From Cycas panzhihuaensis (lineage: Eukaryota; Plantae; Cycadophyta), in the NCBI GenBank assembly GCA_023213395.1, contig CM041465.1, positions 134,423,741 through 134,487,740 of the forward strand: a stretch of DNA of 64,000 bases. The letters run 5' to 3'. The position numbers and the translations under genes are program-made. This document shows positions 39,146 through 50,448 of the stretch, one piece after another. Every line of letters starts with the position of its first letter. Position 1 is the stretch's first letter. Below the pieces are notes generated by a model. That model was given only the letters and a program-made list of their open reading frames with translations. It searched no databases and was not told the origin of the DNA.

Positions 39146-42100
39146 TTGTGTTTAATGTTTTGTGCTTGTAATTTTATCTTTTATTTTTATATTTTATGTT
39201 TTATTGGAACATGGACATTGGTAGTATCATTCCTTTTTATGGTTTGTGTTTATACTTGTAATAGACATGTAATATACATGGCACAAATACTTATATTTTA
39301 TAAAAGGCATGTTTTAATATTAATGGTAGCAGTTTAACTTTGAGGCTTCAATATAAAATGTTTGTATTTTTTAAACAATGGTGAATATGACTATTGAAAA
39401 AATAAATTAAAAAACCTATATTGTTTCTTAATCAATTTTTTTTTCAGATTTTTTGAAAGTCTTTTCTCAAAATTTTTTGTTCTATTGAATTTTCGTTTTT
39501 TTCAAACATGGCTGCTATGGGCTTGACTATTTAGGAAGCTGTCACTTCTGTTTCTGGTAAGAAGAAGATTTACATATTAGTTTGCTTCGTGTTAAGTTGT
39601 TCATAGAGCAATTGCACTATTTATTTGCAGTACCCAGTATCATATGTGGTTGGCTTTCGAGGTGACCTTGAGGATTTTCTGGTGCTGTGACTAGCTCAGT
39701 AGCAGTGGCAGAGAGATATAACTGTGATTTGATACTTCAGCCTATGAATCCCTTGTCATACATAGATCTTTTTTTGGCATGCTACTGGGGATGCAATTGC
39801 TCTTAGAAAGCTTTGGATCGAAAACCTCGACTTCTGATTATTAGGTATGTCTCCTTTATAACACTGCCCAAATACCACCTTTCTATTGACCCCTGGGCTA
39901 TCAATGGACAAGGCATAGTGGAATTGTAGCTCTGATGGTAATGGTTCTTGCAGCTGCCAAGATGGTATGTATTCCGGGTTTACAATGTTCGTTGTATGCT
40001 ACTGCATGCACATTTAATCTTATGATATATTGTCTTTAGATTGTATTCAGTTCTTGCCTCTTCTACACTGGTATGTGTAGAATTGGTGAATTTCCATTAA
40101 TTATATAGGCTGCTTTTGGAAGCATGGCAATCAATCCCCATGTTTCATCATGCCAACGAAATTGCTAACTTTTGGTCATTGTTTAAGGAACTCTTTTTTC
40201 TCCGCCATATCTTCTTCTTGCAACCTCTACACCTGATGTGGACACTGTTACTTTGCTTTTCTCTCAAATTAGCAGTGACTGACTTCTGTATTTTGTCCTT
40301 TGACCTGTAGAAATTCAATGATTTTCTTGTATTTGGAGATGGTGACACCATACTGAGCTATAAATAGCATAGCTTGCTTTAATATGCCTGTTAACTCCTT
40401 TCTTCCTTTGTGGATTTTCAATTTTTTTATGTCAAGAACCTAGAAATGACTGAACCGTCTAGAGAGAAATTTTACTGGGTTGTATTTGATTGTTCCCAAA
40501 TTAGATATATACTCCAGATGTATAATTGCATGCCTTCATCGGTAGCTGTGTTTGTTCTTAGTGGTGATTGCTCTTTTTTTTAACCCATTGTTATATTGAG
40601 TATACGTTGGTGTAACAAAAATAGTTTGTGAAAGCAATGTAGCTGATGAAAATGATTTATTGGCACATTCAATGGGAATGGGACAGCACAATAAATATAT
40701 CACTTGTTCATAAATGGGAATGTTTTCTTCAACAACCAGTGGAGAAAGACTTTAGTCAAGGCCTTGTTTACTAGATTCAAGATAATCTGCATGAATCCAG
40801 CTATTGATTTTTGAAGATTTGAGGAGTGAAACAGCAAAGGTGTGCTTAAGTGAAAGGTACATGGTGGGTGTCTGGAGGAAGTTTAACTCAAGTCTGTTGA
40901 ATGATTATAATGTTCTAAATTTTCATGGAGTAAATTGCAGCATTATGCCAAAGGCAGTAATTATTGTAATAAGGGATTTGGAAAATGATTCTGAATCTTG
41001 TAAGTCATGACCTTTGTTTGGTGAGTTGTGGAACATTGGAGTTAGCGTGCAATTCTGTACAACTGCTTTTCAATTTTGTACAAGTAGTGGTTTGGCTTTA
41101 ACATGTATGCAGCTTGCATGTTGCCTTATCCTTTTAGTTATCCTGTATCAGGGTCAAGATCTTGTGATTGCAAATGTTGGAGATTCTCGGGCTATTTTGG
41201 GAACAATTTCTGATGATGACAGTTTAATGGCCATTCAGTTGACTGTTGATTTAAAACCAAATCTGCCTCGTAAGCACTTTCCTGCCCTCTATTTCTGACC
41301 AAAAGATTTTTCAGCTGCCTTTGTGCTAAAACAGTAGGTTCAAATGCTTCATGCTTTCTCTACCCAGATGGTTGATAGTAAGTTTATGGAATCACTGATT
41401 GCCATTTCAGACTTTCTGTTCTCAGAAACAATCAAGATCACTCCGATGAACTTAATACATATGTTGACCGATGCACAGTTGTTTGGGGGCACGGTATCTA
41501 ATGTGCTTTCTTTTTCATGTGCCTGAAGATGCAGGACTGAACTTATTGTTCTGTAAAGCTATAATATGCCTGCTTTCTGAATATGTAAAATGATGCTTAT
41601 GCATTTTACATGAATAGCTGAGATTAAGTTACTTGTTTTCAGAGGAAGCAGAACGGATAAGGCAGTGCAGCGGACGAGTCTTTGCATTGCAAGATGAACC
41701 TGAGGTGCACAGAGTCTGGCTACCAAATGATGACTCTCCTGGCCTTGCCATGGCTCGAGCCTTTGGAGATTTTTGTCTGAAAGACTTTGGAGTTATTGCT
41801 GTTCCAGAGGTCACATATAGGCATTTAACTGATAGAGATCAGTTTGTTGTGCTTGCAACAGATGGGGTAAATGCTTTTGAACTCGTGTTGTTTTTTTTTT
41901 TTTTTTTTTTTTTTGTGGAAGTCCAGTTGCCACTTATCTTCGTTTTACACAACTCTTTGTTGCCAACTGGACTTATTATAGGTATTTGGCTGTCAAAAGC
42001 TACTTATCATTTCATTTTGCAAAATATGTGTTAATTTTAGTGGAGGGCATGGATGGTTCAGGTGTGGGATGTTCTTACAAATCAAGAAGTTGTACACATT

Positions 42101-42571
42101 GTTTCTTCTGCACCTACTCGAGTTACTGCAGCAAAAGTGGTTGTCGAGTCAGCAGTTCGTGCATGGCGGCGTAAATATCCAACTTCAAAGGTGGATGACT
42201 GTGCTGTTGTATGCTTGTATGTTGGTTCAGATTTGCTAATCTCTCAGCAAGCACAAGATAATTCTGACTCTTTAATAGAGAAGGATGTGCCTGTAACAGA
42301 GGGGTTACTGGTTGGACACATTGATAGTGCTAAAATTAATATTGTAACTAATGATAATGGCTTACTGGATGAAACAAACATATTGAAGGAAGAGAGGCGT
42401 GAAGGCAAGGAAGGCAAGGAATCCCGTCGGACTCTTGCTGAATGTATTGCTACAGATGAGTGGTCTGCTCTTGATGGACTCACTAGAGTTAACTCTCTTT
42501 TAAGCTTGCCCAGATTCATAATGGGAGACAAAAATGTTGAAGGGTCAAAAAGGCGAAGGTGGTTTCATTGA
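37469..42571 (+). CDS. Protein phosphatase 2C, clade-E-like, ~483 aa, 5 coding exons
   Basis: join(37469-37711,37968-38324,41152-41269,41643-41866,42062-42571). All introns are GT-AG with consistent phases; 1452 nt. Motifs MGSCLS, NQDCM, VFDGHG, SGTTA, NVGDSRA, GLAMARAFGD, LATDGVWD, DDCAVV, EWSALDGLTRVNSLL. Confidence 0.95.
37968..38324 (+). CDS. PP2C coding exon 2
   Basis: TTTCAG|DFGS...VFDGHG...SGTTAVTVLKQ|GTAGCT. Confidence 0.93.
39103..39140. repeat. (TA)n microsatellite in PP2C intron 2
   Basis: Pure TA run inside a very AT-rich intronic block. Confidence 0.9.
41152..41269 (+). CDS. PP2C coding exon 3
   Basis: TATCAG|GQDLVIANVGDSRA...DLKPNLP|GTAAGC (phase 1). Confidence 0.93.
41643..41866 (+). 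CDS. PP2C coding exon 4
   Basis: TTTTCAG|..EAERI...GLAMARAFGD...LATDG|GTAAAT. Confidence 0.93.
42062..42571 (+). CDS. PP2C coding exon 5
   Basis: GTTCAG|VWDVLTN...DDCAVVCL...RRRWFH stop. Confidence 0.92.
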   Translation: MWDVLTNQEVVHIVSSAPTRVTAAKVVVESAVRAWRRKYPTSKVDDCAVVCLYVGSDLLISQQAQDNSDSLIEKDVPVTEGLLVGHIDSAKINIVTNDNGLLDETNILKEERREGKEGKESRRTLAECIATDEWSALDGLTRVNSLLSLPRFIMGDKNVEGSKRRRWFH

Positions 42572-43840
42572 ACCAAGGAATAATAATGCTGTTCAGAAGG
42601 AATATCATGCATGTTCCATTTTTGTCCAGAAACAATATATCCTGATGTATGAGGGGATTGTAAATTTTAGTTTTCTGGTTGAATATTTTCATGTATTCTG
42701 AAGAGACTGTGTAATGGGGCTGTTATGGAAATGGGAATAAAGTTTCTCATGACAGGGTGAAACTGCAAAATCAAGGACTGCATGTTGGTATTCTTCACGG
42801 TGAATTTACAGCTACAGAAAGTTTTCCTATTGGAGACCCCATTTCTAGTAATATATATGATTTTTGCTTTCTAGATTCTCTGAAATATTTTATTTATTTA
42901 TAGAAGGAATTTATTGGCACACAAACTTCATTGAGTATGTTTTATAGATCAGAAAAATAGACTGAGAATATCATTTTGGGTTCTCTCAAGATTCAGTTTT
43001 CTAGACTGTTAAAGCTGGCTCATCTTTGGGATCTCATGTGTGGTAAGACTTCAATTATGTGGCCCTTCCAAGCATCAACTTTGAATATAACCTTTGGTCC
43101 TCGCTATTGTCGAAGATGAGAGTTTAGCTGTTATCGTCAGATATAACAGTTTACGTCTAACATGTATATTAGATATGATCATCTTGCCCTATGTATGATA
43201 TTTGCAGGGGTGTCCAGTGAGTTTTGACAGCAAGTTTATTAGTTGTGTTGTGTTGCACGGGTCATATCATTTAATTTTTTAATTGGTTAACAAAATGAAC
43301 AGGGATTTGAACTAGAATTGTGAAGTCTCTCATGAGGCACAGAATGCTGTGTTGTTTAATTGCTTAGCCAAACAAAGTAATAATTTGAACTAGAATCTTG
43401 AAGCATCTCATGGGATGTGTCTGGTAAGCTATCCATCTCTGCTAATTTCTGTATATGAATAGAATTTGTTTATTTAATGTCTTTGTTTGCTATCTTGTTT
43501 CTCTTATTTGGAAGGGAAAACGTGAAATCTGAGGAGACCTCATTTGTGTCTTGAACTTATGGTTGAAACTTTATTTTCAGATAGTGCAGGGCATGTATGT
43601 TTTCCGTTCTGGTGAGTTGTGGCCAGAGGGGTGCACCAGTGAACACTTCTTTGATCCCAATTGCATATTTGGATATTCCTTTTCCCAGAAACATTTCAAC
43701 AAACATTTGTGCTGTTAACTTCACATCCATTGATGAACTGATTTTTGTATACAATCAGATTTTGTTTTTATCGATTCCATCTATACAAATCCATTTCTTC
43801 CCCAAACGACATGCCTTTCAGCTGTTTTAAGTGACTTAGC

Positions 43841-44298
43841 TCACTTATTTGCAAGATCATCCAAATTTGAATACAACTTATGAAGGTCTTGAACATGTGG
43901 AGCCCAGGGCCTATTGAGCTTCATCTTTGCTTCCAAGAGCATACATCCTATTCCTAGAAATGGTGGGCCTCCACCTGGTAGGGTTTTCTGTGCTCGTGCT
44001 TGCTTTCCAGGGCCCTCAATCACTGCTATCTAGGGGTTGGGTAGGAGTGGGGGTATGTAGAACACGTGCAACTATCTGATAAGAGGACAACAAACCAAGT
44101 CAAGGCTGGAAAGCTTTGCATAAGTTCCTCAATCCCCATTTGTTTGTGCATAGTGTTGTTGCAGAAATTGATGTTGAAACAATGATTAAAAAACCCATCT
44201 ATGTGGTATGATTGATCAATTTCTTGGAAGAGTAAAAAGAGTAGCCATGTTAAATAAAAGGTGGTTGCATCAAGTAATGCACAAGGCATGAATGACAC
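43841..44298 (-). pseudogene. Possible hAT transposase fragments
   Basis: Weak resemblance to plant hAT motifs: IDGFF..CFNIN....H..M, PGGGPP and LL..K....PWAPH....L.SNLDDL. No TIRs found. Confidence 0.3.
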
Positions 44299-44923
44299 AG
44301 TTTGGATTGAACAAAATATGTTGTGGAGAATGCTAACCCATCTAGAAGTACTCTTTGCATATATGTTTATCCCCTAACTAATTGGGTGGTAACTACCATG
44401 CCTAGTAACAACTAATAAAAATATTTGAATGCTACCATTTATCAAAAGTAGGAAACAAAGTAATACCAATAACAACTTTAAATTGCATTGAAAAGAAGTA
44501 TTGAAAGAATAATAATATAATAGTAAATATAATAATTTTATAATAAAATAAAATAGTATTTAATAATGCAATTTATATCTATTACAAAGTCTTTATAAGA
44601 TAATAGAATGTTTTTTAAAGTGATTGGCCATTTTTGATACAAATGAGTTATCAAAAATAACACTTATTTTTGAAAGAGTAGGGAGAAATAAATTTCAAAT
44701 TTGAACTTTTAAATCAGTTGGCCATTTCATATAGTTGCACATTTAAATAATAAATTAATTAAAATTGAAGTTAGCATCTAATAATATATATTTAAAATAA
44801 TAAGTTTAAAATTAGTATATTTTTTTTATATGATGTTGATTTAAAGTTTTAGGAATACTCTTGATTTTAAGAGATTTTAAGCTATAATTATGTTTTATAA
44901 CACACACAGACATATATATATAT

Positions 44924-45276
44924 GCTCTTCTTAAAAGGACCAAGATACCATTTAAAAATGAAATAATATTGATTATTTTATAATTATAGGGAAGGTTATC
45001 CCTTTCCTGAGTGTAGCGAAGGGAAGGTTATCCCTTTCTTGAGCGTAGCGAAGGAAGGCACGTGGTGATCCCCCTGTTCCATAGGTCACACGGTATAGGA
45101 CAACTCTTAGCCAATGGATCCGGCACTTGCACTCGGAGGGAGGCCGGGCCTAATCTCTTTTAATTATAAAATAATCAATATTATTTCATTTTTAAAAGGT
45201 ATCTTGGTCCTTTTAAATTATAAAATAATCAATATTATTTCATTTTTAAAAGGTATCTTGGTCCTTTTAAGAAGAG

Positions 45277-45277
<1 letters not shown>
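44924..45277. mobile_element. Foldback MITE-like element inside a (CA)n/(TA)n microsatellite
   Basis: ~63-bp near-perfect terminal inverted repeat (GCTCTTCTTAAAAGGACCAAGATACC... at 44924-44986 versus 45216-45277). The right arm has a 54-bp tandem duplication, and there is a GC-rich core. Confidence 0.8.
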
Positions 45278-45329
<52 letters not shown>

Positions 45330-45832
45330 GTATTTATAACAATTGTCTATCTTATTGTGTTTTCCCATCAAAGTATGGGCATAAATAGATGATGTAGCCA
45401 CCTAAGGTTTATCTTCCCCTTGAAATTTATATGACTAAGGGTTGGTTCTAGTTAGTCAACTTGGGCATGAAATATGATAGTTTTTTCAACTTTTGACATG
45501 TTTTCTCATTGAAATATTTTTAACAAATGTCATGGATTATTTCTAAGAGAATGTTTGCATGCTAGTGTATAAGAGCTTGCATGTGGGGTTCGAAGATGTG
45601 TGTTACATTTTTTTTTCTAGTTGTTTTATATTTTGTTTTGGTTTTTTTAGGAGGTTTCCAACGTATAGAGTTCATCAACAATTGTTAGATCTTTGTTTAA
45701 GGGCCATTTGTTGGTTAATCCCTCATCAACGTCCTAATTTGTAATGATTTATGTGGACAATCCAACTAGCTTGATATTTTATATGCGAGCAAAAGTTTAA
45801 TGGTATTTGTTGTAATTTTTTTCAGTTATTTG

Positions 45833-46153
45833 TGATTTATTTTCAATACCCTTGATTTATTTCTTTGACATACAATTGATCCTCTTACATTTGTTTTGCA
45901 CTACTAATAATGCCTTGGTGGGACTTACATGTTTAAGGGGTTTGGTCATGTGAAGAATTCAATGAATTTTATAATTGTTGCCAACTCTTTGATTATCATA
46001 GCTATCTCATTCATTGATCTATGGTTTATTTTAAATACCCTTGATTTATTCCTCTAAGATAATAGTGGATTCCTTTACATGTGTCTTACACTACTAACAA
46101 TGCTTTGGTACAACATACATGTCAAAGGGTTTTAGTCGAGTGAAAACTCAAAT
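45833..46153. repeat. Degenerate tandem duplication (~190-bp period)
   Basis: TTTATTTT.AATACCCTTGATTTATT...CACTACTAA.AATGC.TTGGT...TACATGT occurs at ~45835 and ~46025. Confidence 0.7.
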
Positions 46154-47429
46154 GTTTTACAATACCATTGTTGGTCTTACATCTTATAATGACTTTGTAG
46201 GTTTTAAACTCTTTTGTGACACTAAATTATTTCTCCACTTTGTCGTCCCTTTTGTGACAAGGGCATAGCTCAACAATTTCCATTTGAATTTTTTGATGTG
46301 ATTTTGGTTGGGATTTCATAGTAATTAATGATAATATTATAGAGAATACTTGTAAATATTATATTTAGTATTTTTTAAGAAAAAATAATTTCAAAAGCTT
46401 TTGTGTACCTTAAAAGAAGAAAATCACCCAATAACTCTAAAAGATGATTTTCTTAAATGACTTATTATTTCCTTATATATGTGAAGTTATATACATGTTA
46501 TCCAAAAGCTAATTAATTTATCATTTTAGGGTGAAGTTGATCTCATAGTCAAATAACCTTTATTTCTAGGTGATGTTGGTTGTATTAAAATGGGAAACAT
46601 AAAAAGCCCCCCCTTATATAATGTACTTTACTTACAAAGCACGTGACTTGTGGATTTTAATGTCATAAATTTTTATCTTTCCATTTCATTGTCTTTGGTT
46701 TTCATATTCTTTTACTTGACTAAATATTGATTTATCTACTTAGTACATTATTGTTTAGTCTTGATGTTCATGATTTCGTTGGGCTCCACAAGCATATATT
46801 TTTAGTCTAGCTTAGGTAGACTTGAGTATGGTACTACCTTTTTATCTATTTTTTCCTTTAAGTTAAGGTGCATGGAAGATTATGAGTTTTGGACTTGGCT
46901 AAATCAAATTTATAGGCCATTTCACTAGTGTTATGTTGTATTTCAAAGGATCTATAAAATTAGGTTGGAGTTTTTCCCTTTATTTTTCAAAATCATGGTT
47001 TATTTATATGGCTATAACCTCAAGAACACTTAATCACCCACCTCAATGCTTCTTTCAAATTTTGTGACTACTCTTACCATTTAATTCTATTTTTTGGTAT
47101 ATTTGAGTTATTATTGAAGGTACAAAGAATTTCTTTTATTTGCCTCATTTGTGTTCTTATGGTGAGTGTTTTGGCTTGGGATGCTACATAGATCAAAGGA
47201 GGAGGATCATACTTATAAAATGTTTTGAATAACATCATCTTGGTTCTTGAGCACTATGTGGTATTATACCACCACTTTGTTAGGTGCAATGATTTGTGCC
47301 ATTACCTTGTTTATCTAAGGTGGAACACTTTAAGTATCTTTTTGAACACTTATCAAACTTGAGACTAGCTCTAAATTTGACGGTGATAAGTTTTACTCTT
47401 AAAACAATTTTGTTTACTCTCTTCTCATG

Positions 47430-49498
47430 AATGAAGTATCCTCAAATACCCAATGCATCGAGAATAAATAATGATCAAATTTAGCGTAATAGAAACAGAT
47501 ATGCAAGCACATACATGCATGCCACATAAGCAACTGCCTACAACACTAAAGCTTGGATTTCAACAAAGAATTATTTTTATTACAAAGAATTGATCATAAT
47601 ACAAAAGTTTAATTACATTGAACCATTGAAGTACAATGTATAGAAATGTTGTTATTACACAACACTTTGCTTCTCTTCTAATTCCTCACTCTCCAAAGTT
47701 TCAAGTGTTTAGTCCTCCTAAGTCCAAAAGTCCCCTTCTAAGGTGCTACTTCATGCTTATATACAAATTGTTGAAGCATGAGTTTTTCCCTCCAACAAAC
47801 GAGGTTGGTCATCTATTAAAGGCCTTATGTAGGTGTTAGAATTAATACTTTAGTGTGGGATGGAGGAGGTAGGTAACGTTGAAGTGCTTTAATTGTTTGG
47901 TGTAGGCATTTGTATATAGCTTAACTGGTTATGTAGTTAAATGAGTTTTGAATGATGTTCCATTTCATTTATGTTCACAACTCTTTTGTTCTATATTTGT
48001 GTGCCATGTGTTGGCCTCAGATAGGCTTGCATTTTATTGGCCCGCTATATTGCCATTCTTGTTGTCACTCCAACACTTAATCAAATGGCTCGAATTAGCT
48101 CTTTATCTTCATCTAATGGCTAATGTCATTATTCATAAGCCCATTTGTGTGTCAATCTTCTTGCACTCATGCTTTTCATCATTTGCCTACAATGTTTCCT
48201 TTGTTGCACATGGGATGCGAGATGCAATCTATTGTCACTTCATCTCTAAATGAATGACTAAGATTTGGCTTCATGATCTTCATTCAATGGTCCATATTTA
48301 TTACAAGTTTTTGTAGTAGTAATGGCCTTTGGCAATCCAAAGCCACATGTTCATTGAACATTGGCTACATATCTCGCATCTTGATTCACTCAGCATCCTT
48401 TTCTCATGTTTCCTTTTCACTTATCAATGGCTCAAATTAAAACTTACATCTCCATCTCACGGTTAACATTCATCACATCTTTCGCTTTTTTGTGACTGTT
48501 TTCCCTCTCACGACTTGCGACTTGCAATTGCTTGGTGAGTCATTCTTCAAATTTCCTGCAAGACATGAGAGAAGGACCAGAAGCTCGTGCTCGTGTTTTT
48601 TCATCAAAATTCTACTTTTTTGCCTTACATTCTTGAGATGTGAGATGTGAAAATTTTCTATTTAAAAGCTTTTAATTTCAAAATTTTTCTAAGTATCTTC
48701 ATTTTGTACATAATGTACACATTGATACTCGTATATCATCCTCCCCTTGCTACGAAAATTTGAGCTATTGCTCAAATGCTCCTTGAAATTCTTACCACTT
48801 CTGCTTACCAAAAAATTTCAATTCATCTTTGCCAATCCATATGCTATTTTCATGGGCTAACCCATGCCACTTAATCAAATATTTATGATAATTCTTGTCT
48901 TGAGTCTGCACTTCTTTCCTGTTTGAAATTGCTTTGATTAAGACCTTCATCCTTTTTATTACTTACTCTTGCCAATTTGTTAAAAGGTTTGTTGCTTCTT
49001 CACCTTATGGATAATAAGTATACATATATGAAACATTGAATATAGGCAAAATATTAATATCAATAGGTGATTCGATTTCATATGCATTCTTATTGATTCT
49101 CTTTTGAATCCTGCATGACTCTATCTTGGAAATCTCTTTTTTTGCAAATACACCATCACAAGATTGCATTCATTGAACTCTTTAATTTTTATAGGCCAAT
49201 ACGATTGCTCCTTATAATTATAGTTGCTCTTTTCCAACTATTGCTTAAACTTCTTCATGAACTCATTTCAAATGTTTCGTCAATCTTTTTGCATTATCAC
49301 TCATTTGCTTTGTTACAACTAATTTAGCTGAATTAACTGTTGTCATAGGCTTTCGTTTAAACATAATTTAAAATGGTGACTTTCTTGTTGATCTATTTAG
49401 GAAATTGTTATAAGCAAACTCAACCTATAGCAATACACTGTCCCACTACTTTGGTTTGTCTTTTGCTAAACTCTTCAGTAAATTTCCAAGTGATCTAT
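47430..49498 (-). mobile_element. Chromovirus-type Gypsy relic, 3' part (INT C-terminus, chromodomain, PPT, 3' LTR)
   Basis: Minus strand reads YLIKWHGLAHENSIW (~48837-48882). Reverse PPT CCTCCCCTT at ~48740-48748 abuts the LTR edge ATCA at 48735-48738. The integrase continues at 56924 across the element B TSD. Left LTR edge approximate. Confidence 0.75.
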
Positions 49499-50309
49499 TG
49501 TTGGAGCATAATGTGACACACTGGGCTATGGGCAACCAGAGAGGAGCCGACTTTCCTTGGATTGTGCAGGTACGGACCGTACGGAAGTACACATGCAGTG
49601 AAAAATGGAGAATCCAACATTCTGGGTACGTATGATAGGTGCCTACCTCCGGGCAGAATGCAAGCGAATAGGATTGGTACGCATGGAAAGACTGTACAGA
49701 AGGGAGCCTAGAGTGACGTCAGACGTACATACGGACGTACAGACAAGTTAAGACAATGATTAAGGAATCTAACTAATGGTTAGGAAGAGGTACGCATGAT
49801 GAAAAAGGTACAGTTATGACAGATAGTCATAACCCTTCAACGAAAAGACACCAAGGAGCATATTTATGTAACTTCCTAAGGGCCATTCGGTTAGGGTGAG
49901 AGCCAAGTATACCAGAACACATTGGTACGGAGACCAGTATGCATGGAAGCAGTCTGAAGCCGTGTATTTTGATGGGTACCTCCTGGGTACGCATGTGACA
50001 GAGTTAGTGTATAAGGCTGGAATGCACAGGGAATGCATTCCAACACCTTGTGTAAAAGAAATATTGCTTAATAAAATAAGAAGTTACGTAGAAAACTGTG
50101 TATTCTCTGTGTTTATGAGGATGGAATGCTGAATATGTGTTGATTTCTGTGCTACTGTGTACTACTGTGATATAATTATATGGAAACATTAAATAATCTA
50201 TGGAATGTATGTGGATAATCATGTTGATTGTATCCTAACTAGACTATAGCCTATGTAACCTTGATAAGTATACCTTTCCCATAAGTGCAGTGAGAAATCT
50301 AAGTCAACA
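49499..50309 (+). repeat. Element B 5' LTR
   Basis: Highly similar to 56090-56923. Confidence 0.95.
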
Positions 50310-50310
50310 T

Positions 50311-50323
50311 TGGTTCCGTTGCC
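50311..50323 (+). promoter_or_regulatory. Primer-binding site, tRNA-Glu type (element B)
   Basis: TGGTTCCGTTGCC, one base after the LTR end. Confidence 0.8.
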
Positions 50324-50448
50324 TACGTCCATTGAGGAGGGACAGGGCCTAGGAGTCTCAAAAAGAGGAATGTGTAAAGGGCAGAGGACCACGGTCATTG
50401 CCGTGATGGCGGTCAGAACTAAGTTTTCGGCAGCCAAGGGACCTTCCA

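Noticed and set aside
39050-39337. Hydrophobic 95-aa ORF, and similar ORFs at 5229, 45114 and 47948
   Set aside because: These are low-complexity T-rich or microsatellite sequence inside an intron or TE with no coding features.
38545-39510. hAT-like MITE in PP2C intron 2
   Set aside because: The ends only loosely resemble TIRs (CAGCATTTAAAACG / CGTTTTTTTCAAACATG) and no 8-bp TSD could be found.
49896-50132. 78-aa ORF repeated at 56510-56746, and similar short LTR ORFs
   Set aside because: The repetition follows from LTR duplication; no counterpart appears in the element A LTRs and no domain is recognisable.
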